Shown here: piece after piece, positions 11,139 through 23,900 of the stretch
Position numbering within the stretch: position 1 is the first letter of the stretch
Layout of the letters: each line of letters begins with the position of its first letter
Assembly (NCBI RefSeq): GCF_030028105.1
Contig: NC_092380.1
Location: 82,581,717-82,645,716 of the forward strand
Source of the DNA: Mobula birostris
Lineage: Eukaryota
Direction of reading: 5' to 3'
DNA length: 64,000 nt
Notes under the pieces: generated by a model
What the model was told of the DNA's origin: nothing
The model's database searches: none
What the model saw: the letters and a program-made list of their open reading frames with translations, nothing else
Made by a program: the position numbers and the translations under genes

Positions 11139-12428
11139 TGACATTGAGATAACATCGAGGTAACATTGTGCATCTGTCATTGAGGTAACAATGTGAATCT
11201 GTCATTGAAGTAACAGTGTGTTTGTCATTGAGGTAACATGCATCTGTCATTGAGGTAACAGTGTGCGTCTGTCATTGAGGTAACAGTGTGCGTCTGTCAT
11301 TGAGGTAATGTTGTGTGTCTGACATTGAGGTAACAGTGTGCACCTGACATTGAGGTAACGTGCGTCTGTTGTTGAGGTAACAGTGTGCATCTCATATTGA
11401 GGTAACAGTGTGCGTCTGTCATTGAGGTAACAGTGTGTGTCTGTCGTTGAGGTAACTGTACGTCTGTCATTGAGGTAACAGTGTGCGTCTGTCATTGAGG
11501 TAATGTGTGTCTGACATTGAGGTAACAGTGTGCACCTGACATTGAGGTAACGTGCGTCTGTTGTTGAGGTAACAGTGTGCATCTCATATTGAGGTAACAG
11601 TGTGCGTCTGACATTGAGGTAACAGTGTGTGTCTGTCGTTGAGGTAACTGTGCGTCTGACATTGAGGTAACAGTGTGTGTCTGTCATTGAGATAACAGTG
11701 TGCATCTCATATTGAGGTACCATTGAGCATCTGTCATTGAGGTAACGTTGTGTTTCTGATATTGAGGTAACATTGTACTTCTGACATTGAGGTAACAGTG
11801 TGCATCTGACATTGAGGTAACAGTGTGCATCTGACATTGAGGTAACAGTGTGCATCTGACATTGAGGTAACTGTGTGTCTGTCACTGAGGTAACATTGTG
11901 CGTCTGACAATGAGGTAACATTGAGTGTCTGACATTGAGATAACAGTGTGCATCTCATATTGAGGTACCATTGAGCATCTGTCATTGAGATAACGTTGTG
12001 TTTCTGACATTGAGGTAACATTGTGCTTCTGTCGTTGAGGTAACAATGTGAATCTGTCATTGAAATAACAGTGTGTCTGTCATTGAGGTAACGTGCATCT
12101 GACATTGAGGTAACAGTGTGCAACTGACATTGAGGTAACGTTGTGCGTCTGTTGTTGAGGTAACTGTGCATCTCATATTGAGGTAACATTGAGCGTCTGT
12201 CGTTGAGGTAACGTGTTTCTGACATTGAGGTAACAGTGTGCGTCTGACATTGACGTAACAGTGTGTGTCTGTCGTTGAGGTAACTGTGCGTCTGACATTG
12301 AGGTAACAGTGTGTGTCTGTCATTGAGGTAACATTGTGCGTCTGTCGTTGAGGTAACAATGTGAATCTGACATTGAAGTAACAGTGCATCTGTCATTGAG
12401 GTAACGTTGTGTGTCTGACATTGAAGTA
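11139..12428. repeat. Minisatellite, ~25-bp unit CATTGAGGTAACAGTGTGCGTCTGT, about 54 units
   Basis: Directly visible tandem array; units hand-counted. The long Cys/Thr-rich minus-strand ORFs here are repeat artefacts. Confidence 0.98.
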
Positions 12429-13039
12429 TGTTAAAAGGAGAGCATTAAGCTTCCCTTAATCTATTCATTGATGTAGTAAAATGTGAACAGAGTCAATTAA
12501 ACATCAGCTATGTTTTTGAGCCAGAAACAACTTACCTCATGAGTAAATATACACAGTAAACAATTATATATGTGTTTGGCATTATGGGAATAGTTTGACT
12601 TCCAGAATAATTCCAGATTGGCATGAAAGTTTCTGTGAATCATGTTGGTAGACACCTGGTATATAATAATGGTGAAAAGATTCTGTGAAATGGTTGCCTG
12701 TGGAAAACAGATGGTGTAGTGTTTGAACAGGGGAATTGAAAGAAAAAAATTCTCAAGTATAGTTAATGATGGGCAGTGGATATGTAAGTAAAAACAACAG
12801 TGCCATAGATGTTGTGCAAACCCATGTTTCATGTGTTAATTGAGTTCTTGCTGCAATTCCTTTGCAGTTATGGAGCACCCAGGAACCTCATATTAATTAA
12901 TGTCAATTAATTAACTTCAGGTTTATGTGTGCTTCATAACTGCAACTGGTAGGTTATCAACGTCAATAACACTTGATTTTCATGTTTAGCAGAGGGATCT
13001 AATTATTCAGAGGTTACTTCATTTTATTTTGCTTTTCAG

Positions 13040-13124
13040 GCATTATTTGAAAACAGGGATTCTGGAATGGGTGGATAAAAGATGAGTGTATAAATTTGGA
13101 AAGAATGCATATAGCTGGAGATAA
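13040..13124 (+). pseudogene. ELF5: ELF5-like terminal coding exon with premature stop
   Basis: Acceptor ttttgcttttcag|g completes the split Arg codon (AG|G). Translation [26 protein letters not shown] matches ELF5 [26 protein letters not shown]. TGA at 13083-13085; natural-position TAA at 13122-13124. Confidence 0.9.
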
Positions 13125-15239
13125 AAACTTTCATTCACTCATCAATTAAAATCCTATTGATTGAAAATAGGAATCATTCTACAATACACCAGTAAATTCT
13201 TCAGACCCGGGAATATCTTTGGTCAATAATCAATATAATTTAACAATATAATCAGAGTCCTATTAAATATCAAACCACTGTATTAAATGTATTTTTAAAA
13301 ATTATACAACAAGTCTGTAGCAAGTAATTCAATTGCATTGCTTTTGTTGTAAATAACTTTGTAACTGCTCTGTGGAGCCAATGCACAAGTGATCAAAATC
13401 CATGATCTACATCAACCTCTAGCTATCATTTGTTTGTGTGTATAGATTTCCAGCTATTTATCTCTATTACATTGACCTACATAGAGCACAGTGCAGAAAT
13501 AAGCAAGTTATTTGTCCCTCTTCCTATCCTTCCTCACCCATCAGTTTACTCCTCGAGTCTTTTCTTAACTGTACGCTTGTTTAATTTTTTCTACTTTCAT
13601 GTTCACTTGGCTGTGAATTCCATGTTTTCACCACACCATGTTTTCTTCTGACTTTCCTCTCTCAATGGCCTCTGTCTTTTTTCTTTTTCTCCCAGAGATG
13701 CTTTCTCTTTACTTTCTTTAACAATTCGATGATCATAATTCAACTCTACCCAAATCTTTCTGATTTAAAGACATACATCAATATCATCTGACAACATTAT
13801 GTACACAGTGTAATTATATAGAGTAGCATTTTATTTGTTTTACTGAGGGAATTTGCCTAGCATTTTATAGGAATGTGCAAACTATTTTCTAACGATGGCT
13901 GAAAATTACTGTTGATGATGTTGCTATTTTACCAAGTCATTTTATGCGGTGAGTGCTTCTGCTAAGGTACTGCAATGACGAAAGTTATAACAACGTCTGC
14001 TGCACCAGGCCACTGAAATAATAAACCACCAGTTTCAGTCTGTTATTTTCTTTTTTTTTGTATCTGTTTCTTCTTGCAATGTTCAAATTATATATGGAAA
14101 CACTGAACTTAGATATGGACACTGAAAGTACAACATGCCAGGAACAAAGAGCTTCCACTATGAGTGTAACAAAGCTCAATACATTGCTTACATTTGTAAC
14201 TATACTGTGGAAATTGTGATAATAAAATAAATTTTCTCACATAATTCAAATGATCAGTTTTGCTATGATAGATTTTCTTCATTTGATATATTAATAATTA
14301 TAATTATAAATTAGGTACATTGAAGCTGAAAATACACAGACTGAGGAGAACCAGCCAAATGTGGTTGAGTTAGTGGGGTCAGTGTATCTGAAAACATAAT
14401 TGAAATAGATATTTCAGCCAACATTTCATTTTCTATCATTGAAAGAGAAATCCGATCTATATCTTACCACCATTCTTTCAACTGGAGCTTTAAATCATTT
14501 TATATATTTTTTAGTGGTAAATTATTGATTGATTTCAGTGTTATTAATTGAGATGGCATCTACGTGTCTCAGCCTTTGTTGGGCCAAGTTCTTCCTGACT
14601 TCTTTGGGCAAAGTGTCTCTTGATTTCTTCCTAAAGAAATTTTGAATTCCTTTTAGCTCCTCAGAAGAGAAATGTGTTGTTTACATACGATCTTAAGCTC
14701 TAACCTTGCTGTCCTTCGCCCCTCTTTAGAATCATCAATATCCTAAAAAACATCCTGAACCATGTGCATGTGAGCGAATTGAAACAAAATTTAGAAACGT
14801 TCTCCTCAGAAGCTTGCCTTGTCTAACATACAGGAAGATTAGAGTGACTTAGTCTGGGAGGTAACTGAGGAAAGTAGTCTAGGTAACCCTGCATGAGAGT
14901 GAAGGGAATTTACTGAGTGCGACCAGAAGTGTCCCACTTTGAGTGAAGCAACTGACCCTGTATTACTGGTTCAACTCCCCACTGGTGTCACAAAGCCAGG
15001 CAACTTTCAAAAATCTCCTTAAATTGTGTCGCTGGACATTGCATTTATAGACAACAATTTTTAACGTTCTTTTGCTTCAGGCATGGAGCCCATTGCAGAT
15101 TCTTGATGGAGACACTATTTGACTGACTGAAGATATAATAAACATCGCTGCGGATCCAAAATAAGCGGCCATTAATTGCCTAAAGCAAGAGAATACCTCA
15201 CGTGGAGGGTCTCCCCCTGACACTCCCATGCTATTACTC

Positions 15240-16530
15240 TTGGAATCACTTTGAATCAGGTTTGATATCACTGGCACATGTCGTGAAATTTGCTGTTTTG
15301 TGGCAGCTGTACAGTGCACTACATAATAATAACAATAAAAACTATAAATTACAATAAATAACAATAATAAAATTAAACAAGCAGTGAAAAAGAGAGGAAA
15401 AATACAGAGGTAGTTTTCATAGTGTTCTCCACATACCAACTGCTATCGTCCCAATCTTCACCTCCCCCAGCTTGCACCTTTCACCAGCTCCCCAGTCACC
15501 ATGGACTCACCTTCACTACTGGGCAGGTGAGAAGGGTTCTCGGGAAACTCAGACACGGCAAAGCACTGGGATTGGAGGGTGAGAACCCCAAGGTCCTGAA
15601 GGAGTGTGCTGAGCAGCTGTGTGGAGTTCTCCAGAGCATTTTCAGTCTGAGTCTCAGCCTGGAAAGGGTCCCGACCAGGTGGAAAACACGTGTGGTCAAA
15701 GTACCCAAGAAGGGCCAACCAAAAGTCTTGAATGACTACCGTCCAGTGACCCTGACCCTGATCACACATTGTGAAGACCTGAGAGAGGCTGGTCCTGGCT
15801 TACCTCTGACCCCTGGTCAGGTCAGCCCTCCATCCCCTGCAGTTTGTCTACCAGGAGCACACTGGAGTTGAATTGGAGAACTCAGGGAAAGAAAGCAAGT
15901 TGTTTTGTTTATGTCTCCCCTCTTGCTGTGAAAGGGTGACACCTCTCTGTCCCTTTATTAGGGAGAGAGGGAGAGCCTGTGGCATGTTGAATTGTTGGAT
16001 GAATGATTAGTTTTTGTTGTATTGCAGATCACGGTCTTTCTTGGGGACTTTGCTATTGCTTGCTTAGTGGGTGGAGGGTGCTGATTTTTTTTTGTTGAAG
16101 CAAGAGGGGTGGGGAATATCATTGCTTTGCTGCTGCTTGTATGTGGGAGGGAGAGTGGGGGGGTGCTTTAGAGTTCTAATGTTTTCCTGTCACTCATTCT
16201 TTGGGGCACTCTTCTGTTTTCATGGATGTTTGCGAAGAACAAGAATTTTAGGTTATACATTGTATACGTTCTCTGATATTCAATGGAACCATTGAAATTA
16301 TAATTATATCACACCACTTAAATCCTGACCCGGATCTGGGCCGTACCCTCCAAATATCCAGACCTGCATCTCGGTTTTTTTGCACTATCTTACTTTCCAT
16401 TTTTCTATTTTCTATTTATGATTTATAATTCAATTTTTTAATATTTACTATCTATTTGTAATCCAGGGAGCGGGAAGCACAGAATCAAATATCGCTATGA
16501 TGATTGTACGTTCTAGTATCAATTGATGGC
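15240..16530. mobile_element. Cluster of Rex1/Babar-like LINE fragments and 3' ends
   Basis: RT fragment GKALGLEG.NPKVLKECAEQLCGV...PKVLNDYRPVTLT at 15422-15860 (+). The flanking 3'-UTR-type repeats recur at 34690-35060 and 56770-57150. Confidence 0.75.
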
Positions 16531-17244
16531 GACAATGGAGTATGAAGTATAAATGTTGAAAACATGGTGTGTAAATTTGGAATTAAATATTGGACAGAAT
16601 CTGAAAGGAAAAGAGAGAGACTTCCTTATTCAGCATCTGTTTTGTCAGATTTAAGTTCAGGCTGCATTTTAACTGTTCCTACAATGCACCATTTGTGTTT
16701 GTTAAGCATGTGTGAAGGCAAACAATTTTCACCTCATTATATGGCTAAGTATGACCGTTTGTTTAGGATGCAAGGCACTGCATCTGCTGCCAGTGCCCAA
16801 AATTGAAAAGGCAGGGTGCTACTGTTACTTCCAAGTTATCGTCATGAGAAGGTCCATCTGAGAGAGTTCTCTGAAGAAGCATTCTGTGATTGAAAGGTCT
16901 CAGAGAAAATGATAATCAAATCAATATTTTATTCTGGAGGAGTTATTTCTACTTTATTTGTATGATAATATTGCCTAACTGATATGTACGTCTTACTTTC
17001 TATAGGATCGTGAAAATATTTGGGATGGAATGAAGCCATTTATCAGAAGTAAAAAGTAACTTAACTTCCTTGCTCAGGCAGTCATATCACAAACAGTGTT
17101 GGCCACCTCCTACCCGTGCAACAAACCAATCTCTCAAGGCTTACTTTTACCTCTGCTATTCAGTCCATTGGATTTATACTGATTATCCTTGAGCAGGACA
17201 CTATAAAAAAGACTGATATGATGACTAAAATCATAAAATCAATG

Positions 17245-17962
17245 GCAGGATACTTGGTAGTGTGGAGGAGCAGAGGGATCTGGGGGTACATGTCCACAAA
17301 TCCCTGAAAGTTGCCTCACAGGTGGATAGGGTAGTTAAGAAAGCTTATGGGGTGTTAGCTTTCATAAGTCGAGGGATAGAGTTTAAGAGTCGCGATGTAA
17401 TGATGCAGCTCTATAAAACTCTGGTTAGACCACACTTGGAGTACTGTGTCCAGTTCTGGTCGCCTTACTAGAGGAAAGATATGGAAGCATTGGAAAGGGT
17501 ACAGAGGAAATTTACCAGAATGCTGCCTGGTTTAGAGAGCATGCATTATGATCAGAGATTAAGGGAGCTAGGGCTTTACTCTTTGGAGAGAAGGAAGATG
17601 AGAGGAGACATGATAGAGGTGTACAAGATAATAAGAGGAATAGATAGAGTGGATAGCCAGTGCCTCTTCCCCAGGGCACCACTGCTCAATACAAGAGGAC
17701 ATGGCTTTAAGGTAAGGGGTGGGAAGTTCAAGGGGGATATTCGAGGAAGGTTTTTTACTCAGAGAGTGGTTGGTGTGTGGAATGAACTGCCTGAGTCAGT
17801 GGTGGAGGCAGATACATTAGTGAAGTTTAAGAGACTACTAGACAGGTATATGGAGGAATTTAAGGTGGGGGCTTATATGGGAGGCAGTGTTTGAGGGTCA
17901 GCACAACATTGTGGGCTGAAGGGCCTGTACTGCGCTGTACTATTCTATGTTCTATGTTCTAT
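17245..17962 (+). mobile_element. CR1 LINE, 5'-truncated
   Basis: EEQRDLGVHVH...YKTLVRPHLEYCVQFWSP...RGRFFTQRVVGVWNELP with a (ttctatg)n tail. Confidence 0.92.
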
Positions 17963-19721
17963 AAACTGGTCCTTGAAGTTTCATTCTTACAGCTCTATGT
18001 AGCTGCATGTATTGTTGGTGATCCTTCCCATTCCCATCAGTTCTGCCCAGGTCTTTAATTACTGAACAGCTGTGTGTTCTAAACATTTTATCAGGAGGAG
18101 TTTTACAGATTCCTTGCCAATCTTTCTTTTTCAGAGGAATGCTAATTTTCTGGCTTGTACATTGAAGTTGCCTTGGAGGATCAGTTTATCTCCCTCTGGG
18201 CCCTAAGATAAGTTCTTTCAAGGCTAGAGTAGGCCTTATTCTTAGCTTCCAGTGTTGGGGCGGATGTGTTGATGACTGTGGCGTGCTGGTTCAGCATCAC
18301 AGTAAGCTGGAGTGTCACTAGACATTGCCTCCCCAGAGGGGAGTCACTGAGCTGCCAGACCAGCTCATTCTTGCAAACTAAACACAGCCCACGAAGGGAA
18401 TGCACCTTTCCCATTCTGCTCTTATAGAGTTTTTTTCTTTGAGCTGGCGATGTTACTGATAATGACTCGTTCAGGGTGATGATGTCAATCTTGCAGCCAT
18501 AACAGAAGAGCGCCATTCAGATTTGTCATTATTGGAAGTGTCCCTTGGGTTCCAGACTTTCAGGTCTGGAACATTATGATAAGGAGTGGAAGTAGCTCAA
18601 GTGCAATTTCTTTCATAGGGGGATTGTCTTGCACCTTAGATATCATACCCAGAGAGGCAAGGGGAGCCAAGATGTCCAGAGATTAAAGATTAAAAGAATT
18701 CAAAATGCATTTATCATCAATGTATATGTGCAGAAAACAACCCTGAGATACATCTTTTCCACAGAGCCACAAAACAAAGACATTAAACCTCCCTGTGTAA
18801 AAAGAAACAAACTGCACAAACAACAAAACATCACCCCCTCCCCTCCCAACACATAAGAAAATGACAAATCACACAAATGCCAACAGGAACATCAACTACC
18901 CCCACGTGCAAAAAAAATCAAATTGTGCAAACGGCAACAAGAACATTAACAACACTCATGTGCAAAAAAGAAACAAATCATGCAAATGGCAACAAGGAAG
19001 TATGTGAGACATCATGGAAAATAAAACACAAAATTGAAAGAGTCCATGTTCATTTTGGCTCAGTGTTTGTTAGTTCGATCCATAAATTGCAAGCCCAGAA
19101 CTCCAGTACCAGCCTCCAGCAGCAACAATGGAAAGAGAGAGAGACCATTTAAACGAAGGGACCTTCGCACAGGAGCAGCGAGAGAGAAAGCGACACATGC
19201 AGACACCTCTCTCCGACAGCAAGAGCAGGAGGCTGGCAGACAGTACTGAACACTCACTTGCCTTGATGCTTCAATCTTCCCTGACACTTTGGATGACAAG
19301 ATCAGTGAGAAATGAAGTTGATCATGGGCTCACACCCCATCTCTAAGCTTCTTGGCCTCGAGGCCACCTGCCTGTCAGAACCTTCTCAGAGACAGAAAAG
19401 TGCCAAATCGCCCAATTGGCTTGAAAACACACCATTAAACTGTAGATCGCAGGCTCCAACAGTACCAGAGCCACATTTAAAAGAAAAAGAAGACATAAAA
19501 GATATGAAAGAAACCATTACATGTACCACCTAGAGAATGTCACCCATGATAGTGTTGTTTGCTGGCGCCATCTTCTTCTGGAATATGGTTTATTCAATAA
19601 ACAAATACATACATGGACACACTTTGTAGGCGTTTGTCAGCACGTAAGCACTTTCTCTATCTCTCTTCTCTTAAACACATACACACACACACACACACAG
19701 TATATTGTGTGTTTATATGCA

Positions 19722-20530
19722 GTGGATTCTGGTTAATTGAGACACATCAGGACCAATACGTTTGCCCCAATTAAGTGGCTGCCCCAATTAGCTGAAATTT
19801 CATGGAAATACGGTACTGTGCAAATGTTTTAGGCACATATAAAAAAGGCTATAAAGTGAAGATGATTTCAAAAGTAATGAAATGAAATGTTTCTAAATAT
19901 CAAAAAAATTACCATCAAGAGCAATAAACATAAAAAACTAAATCAAATCAATATTTGGTGTAATCACCCTTTATCATTAAAACTGCATCAATTCTCTTAG
20001 GTACACTGTTGTGCAGTCTTATAAGAAAATTGGCTGGTAGGTTGTTCCAAGATGCTTGTATACTGCTGTGTTCTTTTGATTGACCATAAATGAATAAAAT
20101 TAGTGCAGACGCCTCGTGCAGGTAATGGACGGCTTTCATACAATGTTTTTGATGATTGCATCCTCCAAATCTTCATGTTTATTGTAACATGCAAGGTGAT
20201 TGTTGATAGCTTCAAATATTTTTGTAGTTGCTAAGTAGTTGAAGCAGTGAAACCGTTTCATTTTCACTCCCAGCCCGAATGCTTGACATCGCTGTCAGCA
20301 AAACAGTTCTGAATTATTTCTTGGCTACTGTCAGTGACAAAATTCACTGCTTTTTGAACATAAGCACATGCGACTGACATGATTTAAAAACTGTTGGTTC
20401 TAAACACAGTGTGCTGTAACGGCCATGCAAGTGCACATGACGGACTCTGGTTAGAAACTGTTCAGCAAGTCTCCTGTCCCAATTAAGTAGCATAGTGTCC
20501 CAAATAAATGAAGGGAATCTCAGTAATTTC
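19722..20530. mobile_element. Pogo/Tigger-like non-autonomous DNA transposon with a nested Tc1-like fragment
   Basis: Terminal cagtggattctggttaattg is shared with the copy at about 58947; internal sequence is shared with 60050-60320; a Tc1-type end tactgtgcaaatg...aggcac lies at about 19814. Confidence 0.6.
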
Positions 20531-22889
20531 TTGATTAGTTTTTGTTATGTAAGAGTTGTCCATTGGTTTTAAATATATACATACACATACACACACACAC
20601 ACACGGCACACAGATTATGCACACCATATATGTGTTTACACACTCAGAAACACAGCACAGTTACCCTTGCCCTATATTTTCTCTTGATTTATATCTCTTT
20701 TTGATCCATCCTACTCTTGATTCTCCCCATTCCTGAATGTATTGTCCTTCAGAGTAATCCTGATCTCTCATCTTTTCCAATCCCTCTCTGTCCTCCTTCC
20801 TCTAACCATATGTCCTGACAGTGTACATGTGTACAGTTGATTGACAATAAACTGAACTCGAATTTGAATTCCAGCATCTGTAGGATCTCTCGTGATGTCT
20901 GTAAGGAGTTTGTATGTTTTCCCTGTGACTGCACGGATTTCCTCTGGGCGATCAGGTTTTCTCACACATTCCAGAGGCATTCGAGTTGGTAGGTCAGTGG
21001 GACACATGCATAACTGGGCAGTGCAGGCTTGTTGGGATGAAAGAGCCTGTTACTGTGCTGTATCGCAAAAATAAAAGCCCCTGCCTCTGATCCCATCCAC
21101 TTACTCTGTTCCCTCTAAGACTCTAACCTGTTCCTTTGCATTTTATTCCATAGATACCTTCCCAACTCTCCCTCCCGTCATTCTCCATCTACTGTTTGCT
21201 CAGCCTATTGCTTAGTGCAGACTCCCCAGCCTTCTCACAGAAGGCTTCAGGAGAAACTGCAGCGCCATCTAGTGCTGCTTGATGTAACTGGTTCCTCAGG
21301 GCTATGGGGGAGGGTATGTGGGTGCTGGCTTGTGATTTCCTATTCACTGGAGATGCAGATATACCTTGTGGGGATGGGAGCATCTCACACAGTCACCATC
21401 TTTCAAAAGATAATTTGATGTGCTCAAATGAATGTTCAAGCTCAGAAGAACACTGTCTGGAGTTTGCAAACTCAAGATATTCTACAGATGCTGGAAATCT
21501 TGAGCCATACATAGAAAATCAACCTGCTGAAGGGCCTTGTCTAGAAATATTGACAGTTTATTTCCCTCCAGAGATGCTGCCTGACCTGCTGAGTTCCTCC
21601 AGCATTTTGAGTATGTGGAGCTTGCACATTTTCCCTCCCACTGCATGAGCTGCCTCCTATTTCTGGCACAGAACTGGACATTAATTGGCTCCTGTACATT
21701 GCACCAGTGTGCAGGGGTGTGGTGGGATTTTGGAGGATGCAGAAATTGATGGGAGTATGGGGACAATAAAATGAGCTAGGGCGGGATTGGTCTGAAAATG
21801 GGTGCTTGCTGGGCAGCAGTAAACCAAAGGGTCTGTTTCCTTGCTGCGTCATTCTATGACTCTGGAGCACCATGGAAAGGCTCTTCTCGGACCACATCTC
21901 ACAGACAGTCTGGAAAAAACCCAAGCACCAGGAGCTGCAGGGTGCAAATAGCATATCGATTGTTCTGAAACCAATTGTAATTGCCATGTGTGATGTGATG
22001 GCATTTCTACCAGAAAACATAGGATTGACAGGAGTGACCAGAAGGCCTATGAGCTAACTAACCACAGCAAAGGGGATTGTTGAATTAGGTTTATGGGCAC
22101 CTGAAAGCAACGATCCTGCAGTACAAGGATTCCAATGAATTGCTAGCTGTCAGGACATTATATTCAAGCCCATGGAGTTGGCAAAGGACAAATACGAGGG
22201 AGCATCATTTTAAGGTGATTGTATGGGTGTTGGGGGGGGGGAAGAGTTCAAGAGATAAGTACTTTTTACACAGAGAGTGGTGGCTTTGTAGAACGCTCTG
22301 CCAGAAGTGGTTGTGGAGGCAAATGCATTAGGGACATTTAAGAATCCCTTAGATAGGTACATGGAAGATAGTAAAATAGAGAGCTATATTGTTGTGTGAA
22401 GAAAGTCACTGGAGAAAAGTACTGATAGATATGAAGCAGCCTCTTCATTCAACAAAACTAGTTACAGCAGGCACCATATTGAGACGCTTTTGGTGGAAAG
22501 GTCTGCCTGGCCCACACTACCTGATATTTTATATCAAAGGACAATTCCATATTTTCAATGCATCCACAATGCTTTCTTTGGAACTACACACAAGCTTTAC
22601 ATGTCCTGATTCACACCCATACCATAGACATCTAAGTAAGCTTTAATCAGCATTGTCTGGTCTGTGATTCAAGGCTTTTTGGAACCTATTGCTCAGCGCT
22701 GCATTTTAAATTAAGTCTACAATCTATACTCAGATTTGAAGATTGATGGCTGAAGTTATTTGCTAGGTGTGCAAACCCAAAAATCGCTCTAACAAGCTAC
22801 TGTATGTTGGAGAGAATGTTTGGATTGACCTTAGAGTGGGGTAAAAGGTTTGGCACAAAATCATAGGTCAAAAGGCCTGTAGAGTACTG

Positions 22890-23900
22890 TAATGCTCTAA
22901 GTTTTACACTCTATGTTCTAAACGCAGTGCCTTGACTGATGAAAACCAGCATGCTAAACACTCTGTCTTCTTGTATAGCTGCTTTCTGTGAACTGTGCAC
23001 TTGTGTTCCCAGGTCCCTCTGTTCCACAGCACGTGTAACTGCCTTGCTTTCCACATTTCTATAGCTCTTTGTTTTGACTGACCAAAGTGCATCACCTCAC
23101 ACTTATTCAAATTGAAATCCATTTGCCATTCCTCAGCTCATTTCCCTAACTAATCGAGATCTTTTCGCTATTCATTGTAACCTGCTTCACCATCAACAAG
23201 TCCTCCTAATTTAGTGTCATCAGCAAACTTGCTTATCATGCTATGTACATTCATATCTAAATGATTTACATACATAATTAATAACAAGGGTACCAACATT
23301 GACCCCTAAGACACTGCACTAGTCACAGGCCTCTGGTTGGAGAATTGACCTTCAGCTATCACCCTCTTCTTCCTATCTTTGAGCCAATTTTGAGTCCATC
23401 TTGTTAGCTCCCCATGAACCTAACTTTCCAGATCAGCCTGCCATGCAAGACTTCATCAAAAGCCTTACTAAAGTGCATGGAGACAAAATCCACTGCTCTA
23501 CCTTCATCTATCCCTGTAGGTACCTTTGAAAAAATAGTCAGACATGACCTCCTATGCACAAAACCATGTTAACTAATTCTGACCAGGCTTTGACTATTCA
23601 AATGATCTTGTCTCTCAGAATCTGCTCCAGTAACTTCTCTATGACTGGTCAGCTCATCAGCTTGTAGATCCCTGACCTGTTAGAGCTATACTTCTTAAAC
23701 AATAAAACAACAGTCTTCTGGAACTTGCCACCAGCCAACAGAGAAGCAATTGTCTCTACATAGGCCTCTGTGATTTCTTACTTGGCCTTCCATAAGTTTG
23801 AGGGGTGCGCTTGTTCAGGCCCTGTAGATTTGCCCACCTTAGTGCACTTCAAATCAACAGATACCTCCTTCCTCATAAGAGGCATATGTTCCAAGACCTC
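22890..23900 (-). mobile_element. Degenerate CR1 LINE
   Basis: Minus-strand MDFNLNKCEVMHFG; RT motif KFADDTKL encoded around 23210-23230. Confidence 0.8.

Noticed and set aside
11041-12396. Long Cys/Thr/His-rich minus-strand ORFs (up to 224 aa), and a possible CRISPR-like look
   Set aside because: They are translations of the 25-bp minisatellite. There are no unique spacers, no cas genes, and the DNA is eukaryotic.
16009-16036. RSS-like AGTTTTTGT plus 12 nt plus CACGGTC; isolated CACAGTG heptamers at 13804 and 25183
   Set aside because: The first lacks the essential terminal GTG and lies in a LINE 3' UTR; the others lack a nonamer. No RAG-transposon TIR relic is supported.
17006-17055. Exon-shaped segment encoding DRENIWDGMKPFIRSK; similar fragments at 14315-14377 (+) and about 14540-14742 (-)
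   Set aside because: No recognisable homology (checked mentally against TRAF6, CAT, EHF and IFTAP), weak splice context or in-frame stops. tBLASTx would be needed to revive them.
18181-18516. 111-aa minus-strand ORF in non-repeat DNA
   Set aside because: A stop lies immediately upstream, and there is no domain or splice support.
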